The notes beneath the pieces are model-generated. The model did no database searches. It was not told the origin of the DNA and saw only the letters and a list, made by a program, of their open reading frames with translations. Positions 1 to 50,300 of a stretch of 64,000 nt of DNA are shown in pieces. The stretch spans positions 235,414,001 through 235,478,000 of the forward strand of contig CM075977.1 in NCBI GenBank assembly GCA_038087875.1, written 5' to 3'. The translations under genes were made by a program, and so were the position numbers. The stretch comes from Malacoraja senta (taxonomy: Eukaryota). How positions within the stretch are numbered: the first letter of the stretch is position 1; every line of letters starts with the position of its first letter.

Positions 1-279
1 AGCCGCTGTTCGCGGCCGCTGCTGCCGCTGTGCGGGGCCCGTCATTCACTCCGACTCGTCTGAAGCAGCTGCACCAAAGATCCTATAGCTAAAGGATCTC
101 TGAGCTGCACCGCCCGGCCCCGCACCTTGCTGTTGGCTGGCGGAGGAGGGAGGCGGTGGTGAGGAGTTCCCAACGGCCAAGGCAGCGGGGTGTTGTTGTC
201 CGAGGAACGCTGACCTTCCTTCCTCCCCACCACGCCTCTCCCTCTCTCTCTTGTACGCCCCCTCCACCCCCTTATCCTG

Positions 280-1065
280 GGACCCCTCCTCTCCATCCCG
301 CACTGATCCCCATTCCCGCCTCTATTCAGTCCTCACTGACATCCCCTGTGCTCCCCTCCGCATCTACCCCCCCATCTATTCATCCTGCGCTGATCACCCT
401 ATCCACCTCGCATTGATTCTCCTACCACCCCCCCCCCATCCATCCTACACTGGTTCCCCAATTCACCCTGTACTTACCCCTTTCCCATCCATCCTGCACT
501 TCTCCTCCATCCATCCTGTACTGATCCCCCATCCATCCTGTACTAATCCACGCATTCATCCCGTACTGACCCACCCTCCATTTACCCTGCACCTTCCCCC
601 CCTTCCCCTCATTCATCCTGTAGTGATCCCCCATTCATCCTGCACAGACCCTCCGATCCACACTGTACTGACCCCCCCCCCCCATTCATCCTGCGCTGAT
701 CTCCCCCCCCCCCCCCCTCCATCCATCCTGTACTGATCCTCCCATTCAGGAAGAATGGGGGGAACAGTCTGAAGAAGGGTCATGACCCGAAACGTTGCCT
801 ATTTCCTTCGCTCCATAGATGCTGCCTCACCCGCTGAGTTTCTCCAGCACTTTTGTCTACCCCCATCTGTCCCGTACTGAACCCCCCCATTCAACACCAC
901 TGACATCCCCGGTGCTCTCCCCTCACAATTTTACCTACTCCAACCAACATGTACTAATTCACCTGCCTCAATCCATCCATTCTGCACCGACTGCATTCTA
1001 ACCCCCCACCCCCGCCATCTATCCACCCCGCACTGATTCACACACGCCCCCCCTCCCTGACCCTA
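280..1065. repeat. degenerate C-rich minisatellite (unit approx. CCCATTCATCCTGTACTGATCC)
   Basis: Many imperfect tandem copies of catccatcctgtactga / cattcatcctgcgctga separated by C-runs. Confidence 0.8.
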
Positions 1066-1079
1066 TTGTGCTGGAAATG

Positions 1080-1744
1080 TCTTCAGAGCGAACATTGACT
1101 ATGTTTGATAACGGAATGCAATCAAATGTGTTTTAATTCCCAATGTTTTGTTTTAATCCATAAAGATGGATTAATTAAATTGTGAACACGTGAAACATTA
1201 AAACCGCAGTGTTCGATTGTCACTGCTGCCGTTGACACGTATTACAGAATTCATTTTTACGGCAAATCAATGCTCTTAATATGGAGTATCAGTACTGTAG
1301 TTATTTAATGAGCAATATTCACAACTATACGTACTCATATATGTTACCATGGTCCAGGATTTAATGACACAGGTTGATCATAGGCTGAATAATCCAACCA
1401 CATTTTTGTTTGGAAGTGGAAAGAACTAATAGAAATTGCATTAATTGCAATGTGTAAAAAGAGTTGAGATACTGTCTTATAATTTTGCTGCATGTCATTG
1501 TGGGATATATCATGTCTTGATTGGTGAATATGTTTAGTTTGTGACTTTATTTGAAACAGAAATAATATGTGAATACTTCATTGAGTATAATTCCAAATGG
1601 TAACTACGCACTTCGTCCGAGCACATTATCGCACGCGTCATGCAAGCCATCTTAAATGACCACCTAAACTGTCATTTGGCAACCTAAAAAGCTGCCAAGG
1701 TTGCCCGGCTGGCAACAGGGAAAAAAAGTTAAGCGAGAGCCCTG
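1080..1744. mobile_element. right end of a probable hAT-type non-autonomous DNA transposon
   Basis: Ends ...AAGTTAAGCGAGAGCCCTG (reverse CAGGGCTCTC..., a CAGGG-type terminus). The left end is not found in the window. Confidence 0.35.
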
Positions 1745-2584
1745 TTAACTACATATAAATCCCTGTGAAATTATTTATCTTCAAAGTACCAAGGTCTTGT
1801 GCAGTTTTAGATTTGTCAGCATTGTTTTTACCAAGTTGAAACTACTGAAAGCTAAAAGCATAATTACTTTTGGGAAGATTTCATACTGGCTCAAGCAATT
1901 GTGACCAAGCCCTCTTTATATTCATGTTATTATATGAAAGGATTGATTCACAGCATCTTGCAGTGTATTTTGCAACTGCAAGCTAACAAGAACGATTTGC
2001 CTGTGATTACTTTTAAGGAGTTTTTAAGAAACAAATCCAAAAAATCTGTCATTTATGATGGAGGGGCCGTGTCCACTTTAGTATGATACGGTGGGCAATT
2101 ATCGGCGCTTTTTTATGAAAAGATTTTCGCATAAGATTTTCGCATATTTTAGTAGTTTATTACACAAGCATTCAAGACACGCTGACCTCTCTTGAAGAAG
2201 AGGAAATTAACAAACTAATCAAACGTACAGACTAAACTGAAGACCAGGGTCTGCATGGGTCATATTCACTTTTACTCAACAAAGTTAATGGCAAAAGTAG
2301 CATCAGTACTGTTACATGAAGAATGGTGCTTGAAGACAGGTGGACAGCTAAAGTCTTTCCGAGGTTTAAAGAAAACAAATTCGGAAATTAGACTTCTTGG
2401 TGGTAGGAATGACAGTTAATTGAAGTTGTAATATAACCTGAAAACAGTATTACGATCTTGTTATTTGGTAACAACTTTGTATCATCTGAAGTAACCAAGA
2501 CCAAGATAATGGCATATTCACATTTTCAAAAGGTTATCATTAAGCAGTCCTTTATCGCTTGTTTGAGATGCATGATCCCAGTCA

Positions 2585-2850
2585 AGACATAGATTTATAA
2601 TGAGAGGGGCATGATTTAATGGGAACCAGAGAGGCAACTTTTTCACAGAATGGTGGGTATATGGTGCAGCTACCAGAGTAGGTAGTTGAGGCAGGTACTA
2701 TTACACCATTTAAAATGTTCACAGGTACATGGATATGAAAGGTTTTGAGGGATATGGGCCAAACGTGGGCAGGTGGGATTAATGTAGATGGTGCATCTTG
2801 GGTCGGCATGGGCAAGTGGGCTGCAGGGCATGTTTCTGTGCAGTATAACT
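2585..2850 (+). mobile_element. CR1 (HER1-like) LINE 3' end
   Basis: Decayed GNFFTQRVV..WN.LP region plus 3' tail gggcaagtgggctgcagggcatgtttctgtgc. Confidence 0.75.
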
Positions 2851-5800
2851 CTTAAGTAGCCAGCAGGCAACATCTCTGGTAAGAAAGAATTGCATCAGAC
2901 TATACAGATCTGACACACTAAAGACAAGTTATCATTGGCTATTGAATAGGCACTATTGACCTGCCTGGCAGAGCTTAATTTAGCTTTGTTAGGATAAGAA
3001 AGACATTTAAGACTAGTTGCATTTCATTAATAATGGAGCAGGAAGCTAGGAGTCTCCCTCTGCAAAGTGATTGTGTAATCAGTTTGATTTCTTCAAAGTA
3101 TAAGTGGTCACATTACGAGCACTGCAGTCAATGAAGAAATATAATGAAACAATGGTTCACCTGGAAAATTGGGTCTTTTGGTAAAAGGGAAATAGGTTTT
3201 CTGGGGCACGTATCATTTCTGAGAAGTGAAGATGGAAAATTGAATTAAGGCATCAATCAGCAAGAGGATGGTCCCAGCAGAATGCTGAGTGAGAAAGGGG
3301 AAATGTCTCTTGGTATGATCTCATTAAAGTTGGTGAAAATTGTAGGATTAAACGTGCAAACTAGTAGGGTGGAAGTGAGAATGGGGAACTTGATCCTTTG
3401 GAGAGGGAACACAGTAGAAGAATAGGAGATCGTAGCAAAGTTTTATGATTAAGGAAAAAAATCTGAAGCATTGGTGCAGAAGGCTTTGTAATCAAATCAA
3501 AATATATTAACAAAGATGATTGGCCACATAATTGGTGATACATTTTCAAATTAGATTAATGAGTGATGTAGGGTTTTGATAGTAGGGTATCTAAATAGTT
3601 GAACCAAGGAACCTAAAGGATTATATACGTAATTCATCAAGTGCAGGTTAGTAATTACATTTTTTTTTTAATTGAAGCATGGGAATTAATTGATTTGGTG
3701 ATAGCATTGTAAAGCATGCCATGTTTGTTAAACCTTGATCGGGGTTGGCTGGGAGTAATGTGCTGAACTACTGAACTCTGTTAAAAAAAAAATTGGATGC
3801 CAGAAGAAAGTATAGATTTGTAAAAATGGTACAAGAACGGAGGTATTAAACTATTAAGTAAACAGAACAAACAGAAACTCCTCTCTGGGAAAGAAGCTTA
3901 TAGAATGACATGATGGCTATCTTTTAAAGTAATGATAAAGTCATAACTGAAACTTGGCACCGTTAATAGGAAGTTTCTTCATTTAATGAAAATCCCAGGG
4001 GATCCAAGAAAAAATTATTGAGCTCAAGGGTAGTTAGAATATAGAATAGGTCAATCCAAATAATTTTGATTCTTTTAAGGTGAAGCTCAGTAAATAATGG
4101 AGTGGTTGGACTGAATGGGATAGGTTTTATTGATGAGCGTCAGATGAAGGTAGAATTGGCATGAAGAAGCCTATTTGGAACATATACAGGCAAGGCCCAC
4201 CGCTGCCAAAATGGCTTCGTGCGCTAAGTAGTGATACGCATTTATACGATTTTTACTTCCCTTTCAGGAAGCTGTCCTTTTCTGTACTTGCGTGGAACTC
4301 TACTCTCTTGAATGGTACTATAACCAAGGTCATCTCTTTTCTCCTTTCTGCCATTGGGCAGATGATACAATCTTGAAAGCACAAGCCAATAGATTCAAGA
4401 ATGACTCCCTTGTGGTTATCACTCAAAAGGACCTTCCTTATGTGAATGATGTCTTCCCAATGAAGCTGTTCCTGGGTCTGGTGGTGCACGCTTTCAAGTT
4501 TATGCCCAGCAAGGAGAAGGAATGATCAGGGTGGGACAAGTTTATCATTATGTTGGCTGCTTTTCTGAAGTGGCGTGAAGTGTAGATGGAGTCAACAATG
4601 GGAAATCAGATCTGTGATGCACTGGGCTACATCTACAACTGCAATTTCTTGTAGTCTTGAGCAGAGCTGTTCCCAAACCAAGCTGTGTTGCAACCTGACA
4701 GTATGCTTTCTGTGGTGCAGAAGGATAGATGTAGAGCACATGTTTCCAGTTGTAGAAGAATTTAGAACTAGTCACGAGTCAAAAGGTTTTTCAGGCTAGC
4801 AATTCTCTGGAACTACTGCTCTTTCAATATTTTTAAGACAGAATTTGATAACCGCTGGATAGGTAAGGTGATTAAAAGGCTACAGTGAATATGAATATCA
4901 GGGATATAGTATTGAGATTATAATTAGATCAGCCATGATTTTATTTAATGGTGAAGGAAACTTGAGAGCTTACTCCTGCTATCATTTGTTTGTTCATCAT
5001 TGAAGGCCAATTACATGAGGCACCAAGGTTCCATAATCTAAATTGACTCTTTGGGTGTGAACAATCTGGAAAAATAATAGAATTTCAAATTATACATTTT
5101 ATGTTACCTTTTTTTAATGTATAAAAAGTTTTTTTTTAAAGACGCAATTTGTGCGATTTTAAATATTCAATAGACCTCTTGGGGATCAAACAAAAGTTGT
5201 ATTTTCCTTCCTTTTAATAGTACTTAAATTATCTGAGGTCTTTCTTATCAAAGAAAGAAAACTGAATTGTAATAACACTGCTTTTTTGATAGGGTTTTCT
5301 GCACAAGCATGGGTTTTCATTCACTTAATGAGTGTAGCTATCCGAACAAGACCTGTAGGTCCCAACTGTATTATGTCAGTTGAATGCTCCAACAAAGATT
5401 AAGGTTTGGGTCTGATTGGGCCATACTCGGCTGGCCTAGCATCCTGTCAAGGTCAGGACATCTAACACAACATCACTGCATGTTCGACATACTACATAGA
5501 CTTGCTGTAATGGTTTGCTCCGGCATGGAAAAAATACAAGGACTTTGTCTTGGGTCGAATCCAGAGCCACTGCAAGTTACGTTGGGCTCACCATTCACTG
5601 ATTTAGCACTTAAGCAGATCTTTAATGCGTTTAGGAATCGCCATTCACTTGGTCTTATGCAATCATCTCCCTTTTCACTTAATTTTGCTGCCGCATTTTA
5701 CTATGTGCTTGCATTTTGAACATTTTTGTAGAAATTGCTTCAGTGGAGCCCATGCATTTACAAGACTTGACTTTATTTCTCATAGCCTTTCCTCAGCAAT

Positions 5801-5907
5801 TCCTGCTAAATATTCTTCATTGGGAATGGGTGAATACAAGATTGTGGGGCACTAAATTTTGATAATCTAATTTTCAATTTCCCGTCTAATTTTAGCATTG
5901 AATTTGA

Positions 5908-44870
<38,963 letters not shown>

Positions 44871-45477
44871 AAATAACCTCTTTTATATTTAAAAATAGTC
44901 CCTTTGGCGTCATCTAAGACTGCAATTTCTGTTGTATGTCTAGTTTACATGGCACATTCAGTTTTTTTTCTCAAATGTACCTGGCTCGGTTTCTTTGGTA
45001 TTAAAATGGTGAAACCTCAAATCCTACCAGATTGATTTAAATATAGTAATGCTGTTAGCTGCCGATTTCTTTATTTTGTATCATCTTTTTAAGGTTTTTG
45101 TATCTGGTTTACAAGCACTTGAACAGTCACTCACCCACTTTGCAACTCTCCACTTCATGCCTTAATTCTATCTTTAAATTGGATATCTTCAAAATATAGC
45201 CACGTGCGCAACATTTTTAATTGAAAAATGGCCTGGATAATTGTAGTGTTTAAACATTGGTGTTTTATTTTACAAATGCTCCAATGGATTGTCGACTGGG
45301 ATCTGTGAACTTAATTATTTAAACTCTCACATACAACATGTATTTGTATAACCAAGGTTACTTTCCTGAACTATTAAATTACGATCTTTAGCTGATATTC
45401 CACGTATAATTGAATGTTTTTCCAGATGCACTGGAACATAATTCCTACCATGGTAAATTATAAAAATATTGAATTGT

Positions 45478-45483
45478 AATAAA
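45478..45483 (+). terminator. candidate proximal polyadenylation signal for HSPA4L
   Basis: AATAAA about 610 nt after the stop codon. Confidence 0.4.
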
Positions 45484-46453
45484 GATACACGAGCTGTTCT
45501 TAGCAATATTATGCAAAATAGGCAAAAATCACACAGCCTGTTAATGGGAGCATTTCAACTGGTGCTTTGCAGAAATGATAAAGGAAAGCCAGTAATTGCA
45601 GTCAAATATATTCTTTCAAATGATGTTAAATGTCTTGCACTGGGGGACAAAGGCTGCTTGTGCTTCAGACATCAGTTGAAGCTATGATATATTTTGGTAT
45701 ATTCTCCTTGATTTATGGCTAGCTGTTAATTTCACAGGACTGTAAACATTGACATCTGCTTTCCAGCTTAATAATTTTGGTAAATTGGTTGTGCTTTAAA
45801 GCTTGTGAGACTTGGTATAGCAGGAATGTAATTGTTCTGTTCATATATGCCCATGAATTCAAATTCTAGATATGGGGATTCCTGTGGTAACCATTATAAT
45901 TTGTTTTGTTAATCCTCTGTATGTAGCTGGCTGCATGAGTAATGCTCATGAACAATATCTGAGAAAGACATTAGAAGCACTCCATATGAATTTCTTTAGG
46001 TTCGTAACTCAGCTCACCAGGAATGAAAATTAAATTCCGATAAAGTATTAAACGTATAGAAAAAGTATCTTTTTTTAAGTATGCAGTTACTGGCATCTGG
46101 GTATGAATATCCAAGCCTAGCTCTGTTTATTGTTGTAAGATTAGATCAATATCTCTCCACCTCCAGAATGCAACAGGCTACACAAATATGGAAAACTTGC
46201 TCATCACTCACCAACATTGTTTTGCTCTGGATCTCAGTAAGCTCTATTGGATTGTGTTCTGATTAATTACTAATTGTATCCTAACATAACTGCAGGCATT
46301 GTACAAATGTAGGATAGATGCAAGATAGTTCATGCTTGCTCAACACTTGTGTTTGTCTGCCAACATTACATTAACATTTGTTTATAAGACATTTCCATAG
46401 CCACTTGTTAACAGCTGCCAACTGCTGTGCTTTATACATCTGAAATTTCTGTT

Positions 46454-46459
46454 TTTATT
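46454..46459 (-). terminator. candidate polyadenylation signal for the WDR95-like gene
   Basis: TTTATT on + (AATAAA on -) about 730 nt after its stop; another at 46126-46131. Confidence 0.35.
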
Positions 46460-46717
46460 TTTTAAGGTCTGGTGTTACATCTCTTGGACATCACTTAGAA
46501 CCAGGGGACAGGAATATTCTCAAGTGTTCATATATAGTTTATAGGTACCATAGGCAGATGTATGCTAATAGAAGCAGATTATACAGGTAGTGAGAAGTAT
46601 GAATGGGAAAGACCTGGTTGGCCTTGCTGTAACTGCAGGTACTCTTGTATTAAAAGCTGTGACAATCTGTACGGAAGAACATGCCAAGACCTACATCACA
46701 CAAATTTCAGGTTACAG

Positions 46718-46723
46718 AATAAA
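46718..46723 (+). terminator. candidate distal polyadenylation signal for HSPA4L
   Basis: AATAAA about 1.85 kb after the stop, in repeat-free AT-rich sequence. Confidence 0.35.
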
Positions 46724-47191
46724 TACAGAACCTTTTCAAAAACCAAAATGGAATAATCTCAAAGTGAATGGATTATGTTAAAGTCCTGCAATCTTCACAT
46801 ATCCAGTTATAAATGATGATAGGCTATTTCAGCCTGAATGTATACTGCACTATCACAGAACCTTGACTAGTAAATTTGATTCACACATCAGAAGTGACTG
46901 ACACCACAAGAGAAAACACCGGTTATTCTTCCTTTAGTATCCTGGATGCAACTTGGTGCTAGAACCACCCAATTAATTTCAACACAAATATACAGATGTC
47001 CAGATAGATCCTCAAAAAGCAAGACATCTAGTCTAGCCGTCCTCCACTATCACCATCAGTAGGAAATGCAATATTAGTGACTATATTTGAAGAGCATATC
47101 TAGAATCCTATTTATAGTGATTCAAAATAACAATATCAATCACAGGTTATCAATGTAATTTATAATTACTGCCATGTCCTACTTTGGGGTT

Positions 47192-47360
47192 TCAGGGCTC
47201 TGAAATTATGTTATTAAGAGGGAACAGTTCTGTTGCTGGATCAGGCTTCAAGATCTTCATTGAAATGTCAGCCAAATCATGACAATGTAGTGATTGATAT
47301 GCAGTCAGCCTTCCATAAACTTGTTGTTTTTCAATATGCTTCAGCTTCTGTTCCTGCAAT
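47192..47360 (-). CDS. WDR95-like terminal coding exon, 169 nt to TGA
   Basis: minus strand cttttag|ATTGCAG...CCCTGA; [55 protein letters not shown]. Confidence 0.8.
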
Positions 47361-50300
47361 CTAAAAGGAAAAGCATGTTTTTGTAAATAGTGGAGAGGTC
47401 ACAGTGATCATCTTTCTTGCATTTACATTTCGGAAGTGTCAGAGTTGTATAGCATAAAAATGGATGTACATACTGACCCTATTGCCTATCTACACTAATC
47501 CAATTTGCTTGCATTTGATCTGTCTCCTTCAAGGCCTTACGTTCCATTTGTACCTACTTAAATGTCTCTTGAATTATATTGTTTCTTACTCCCACCTCTG
47601 GCAGTGAATTCCAGATAGGAGCCACTGTGTAAAGCACCTTCCCATGAAATCCCCTTTAAAACTCCTACACCTCACTTTTAACCTAAACCCTCTTGATTTT
47701 TATACCCCTACCATGGCAAAAAAATATTTTGACTAACTACCTTATCTGTGCTTTGCAATATAACTTATCAAGTCACCCCTCTATCTCCATTGTTTCAGAG
47801 AAAACATTCCAGCACAACGACATCCTTACTGAAACTGCACACTACTGAGTGGCCTAACTAGTGTTTTGTAAAGTTGCCTCAGGCCAAATATGCCACGTGC
47901 GTGTTCATTACCTGATTTCCCTGCTGCCTGTCTTAAATAAAGGAACAACATAAGCAATCCTCCCATTTTCTGGCACTACACCTGTGCCTAATTAAAATGC
48001 AAAAATGGCCATCAGGGCCTCCAGCTACAGTGCATTTAGAAAGTATTCAGACCCCTTCACTTTTTCCACATTTTGTGACTACAGCCTTATTTTAATATGG
48101 ATTAAATTCTTTTTTTTAATATCATCAATCTACACCCAATACCCCAGAATGAAGAAGCGAAGACAGGTTTTGACATTTTTGCAAGTTAATTAAAAATAAA
48201 TAACTGAAATATCATATTTACATAAGTATTCAGAGCCTTTGCTATGACACTCAAAATTAAGCTTAGGTTCATCCCGTTTCCATTGATTATCCTTGAGATG
48301 TTTCTACAACTTGATTGGAGTCCACCAGTGGTATATTTAATTGATTGGACATGATTTGGAAAGGCACACACCTGTCTATATAAGGTCCCACAGTTGACAG
48401 TGCATGTAAGAGCAAAAAACAAACCATGAAGACTAAGGAATTATCCGTAGACCTCTGAGACAGGATTGTGTCGGGACGCAGATCTCAGGCATGAGATTTC
48501 TCCGCGGATTTTGAAATTAAAAAAAAAAGGAAAATATGTCTAAATCTCTATAAATGACTTTCCGCTAGACAATGGGACTGATGATCGAGGGCGCCGATTG
48601 GACGAGAGACGTCGGTCAGCAGGCAGTGGGGGAGGGTGGGACTGAGGATAGAGCACGGTGATTGGACGAGGGAGATGCATTTATGGTAGAGTCGCCAGAC
48701 GGAAGCCACTCCTCAGTAAAAGGCACATAAAGGACAGACCATGAGAAACAAGGCACCTAAAGATTTTCTGGTCTGATGAAACCAAGATTGAACTCTTTAA
48801 TGCCAAGTGTCACATCTGGAGGAAACCAGGCACCACTCATCACCTGGCCAATACCATACCTACGGTGAAGCATGGTGATGGCAGCATCATGCTTTGGGGA
48901 TGTTTTTCAGCGGCAGGAACTGGGGGACTAGTCAGAATTAAGGGAAAGATGAACGGATCAAAGTACAGAGATCCTTGATGAAAACATGCTCCAGAGCGTT
49001 CTGGACCTCAGACTGGGGTGGAGGTTCACCTTCCAACAGGACAACGACCCTAAGCACACAGCCAAGACAACGCAGGAGCGGCTTCATGACAAGTCTATGA
49101 ATGTCCTTGCGTGGCCCAGCCAGAGCCCGGACGTGAACCTGATCGAACATCTCTGGAGGGACCTGAAAATAGCTGTGCATCGACGCTCCCCATCCAATCT
49201 GACAGAGCTTGAGAGGATCTGCAGAGAAGAATGGGAGCAATTACCCAAATACAGGTGTGCCAAGCTTGTTGCATCATACCCGAGAAGACTTGAGGCTGTG
49301 ATCGCTGCCAAAGGGTCTGAATACTTATGTAAATGTGATATTTCAGTTATTTCTTTTTAATTACTTTGCAAAAATTTCTAAACACCTGTTTTCTCTTTTT
49401 TATTATGGGGTATTTTGTGCAGATTGATGATAAAAAAAAAAGAATTTAATCCATTTTAGAATAAGGCTGTAACGTAACAAAATGTGGAAAAAGTGAAGGT
49501 GTCTGAATACTTTCTGAATGCACTGTATCTCTTATCTTACCTGTCATCATAACCTGGGAAATTCTCATTAATCTTTAATGGGGTTTAATTAAACAATATG
49601 CCCCCAATGACATCTTAACTCTCCTCCTTGATACATGTTTCGGATAGATACAAAATGCTGGAGTAACACAGCGGGACAGGCAGCATCTCTGGGGAGAAGG
49701 AATGGGTGTCGTTTCGGGTCGAGACCCTTCTTCAGACCTGAAACGTCACCCATTCTTTCTCCCCAGAGATGCTGCCTGTCCCGCTGAGTTACTCCAGCAT
49801 TTTGTGTCTACCTTCGATTTAAACCAGCATCTGCAGTTCTTTCCTATACTTGTTCCAGATTATCCATATACTACTCACTTCCTCTAATAACAAAAGCAAA
49901 CTGCTGGAAGAACTCAATGTGTTAAGCAGCATCTATGACCAAAGAGATGGTCGACATTTTGGGTCAATAGACAATAGGTGCAGGAGTAGGCCATTCGGCC
50001 CCGAGCCAGCACCGGCATTCAATGTGATCATGGCTGATCATCCCCAATCAGTACCCCGTTCCTGCCTTCTCCCCATATCCCCTGACTCCACTATTTTTAA
50101 GAGCCCTATCTAGCTCTCTTGAAAGCATCCAGAGAACCTGCCTCCACCGCCCTCTGAGGCAGAGAATTCCACAGACTCACCACTCTCTGTGAGAAAAAGT
50201 GTTTCCTCATCTCCGTTCTAAATAGCTTACTCCTTATTCTTAAACTGTGGCCCCTGGTTCTGGACTCCCCCAACATCAGGGACATGTTTCCTGCCTCCAG

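Noticed and set aside
42-1001. Pro/His-rich ORFs at the window start
   Set aside because: They are translations of a C-rich minisatellite and GC-rich repeat, with no splice or homology support.
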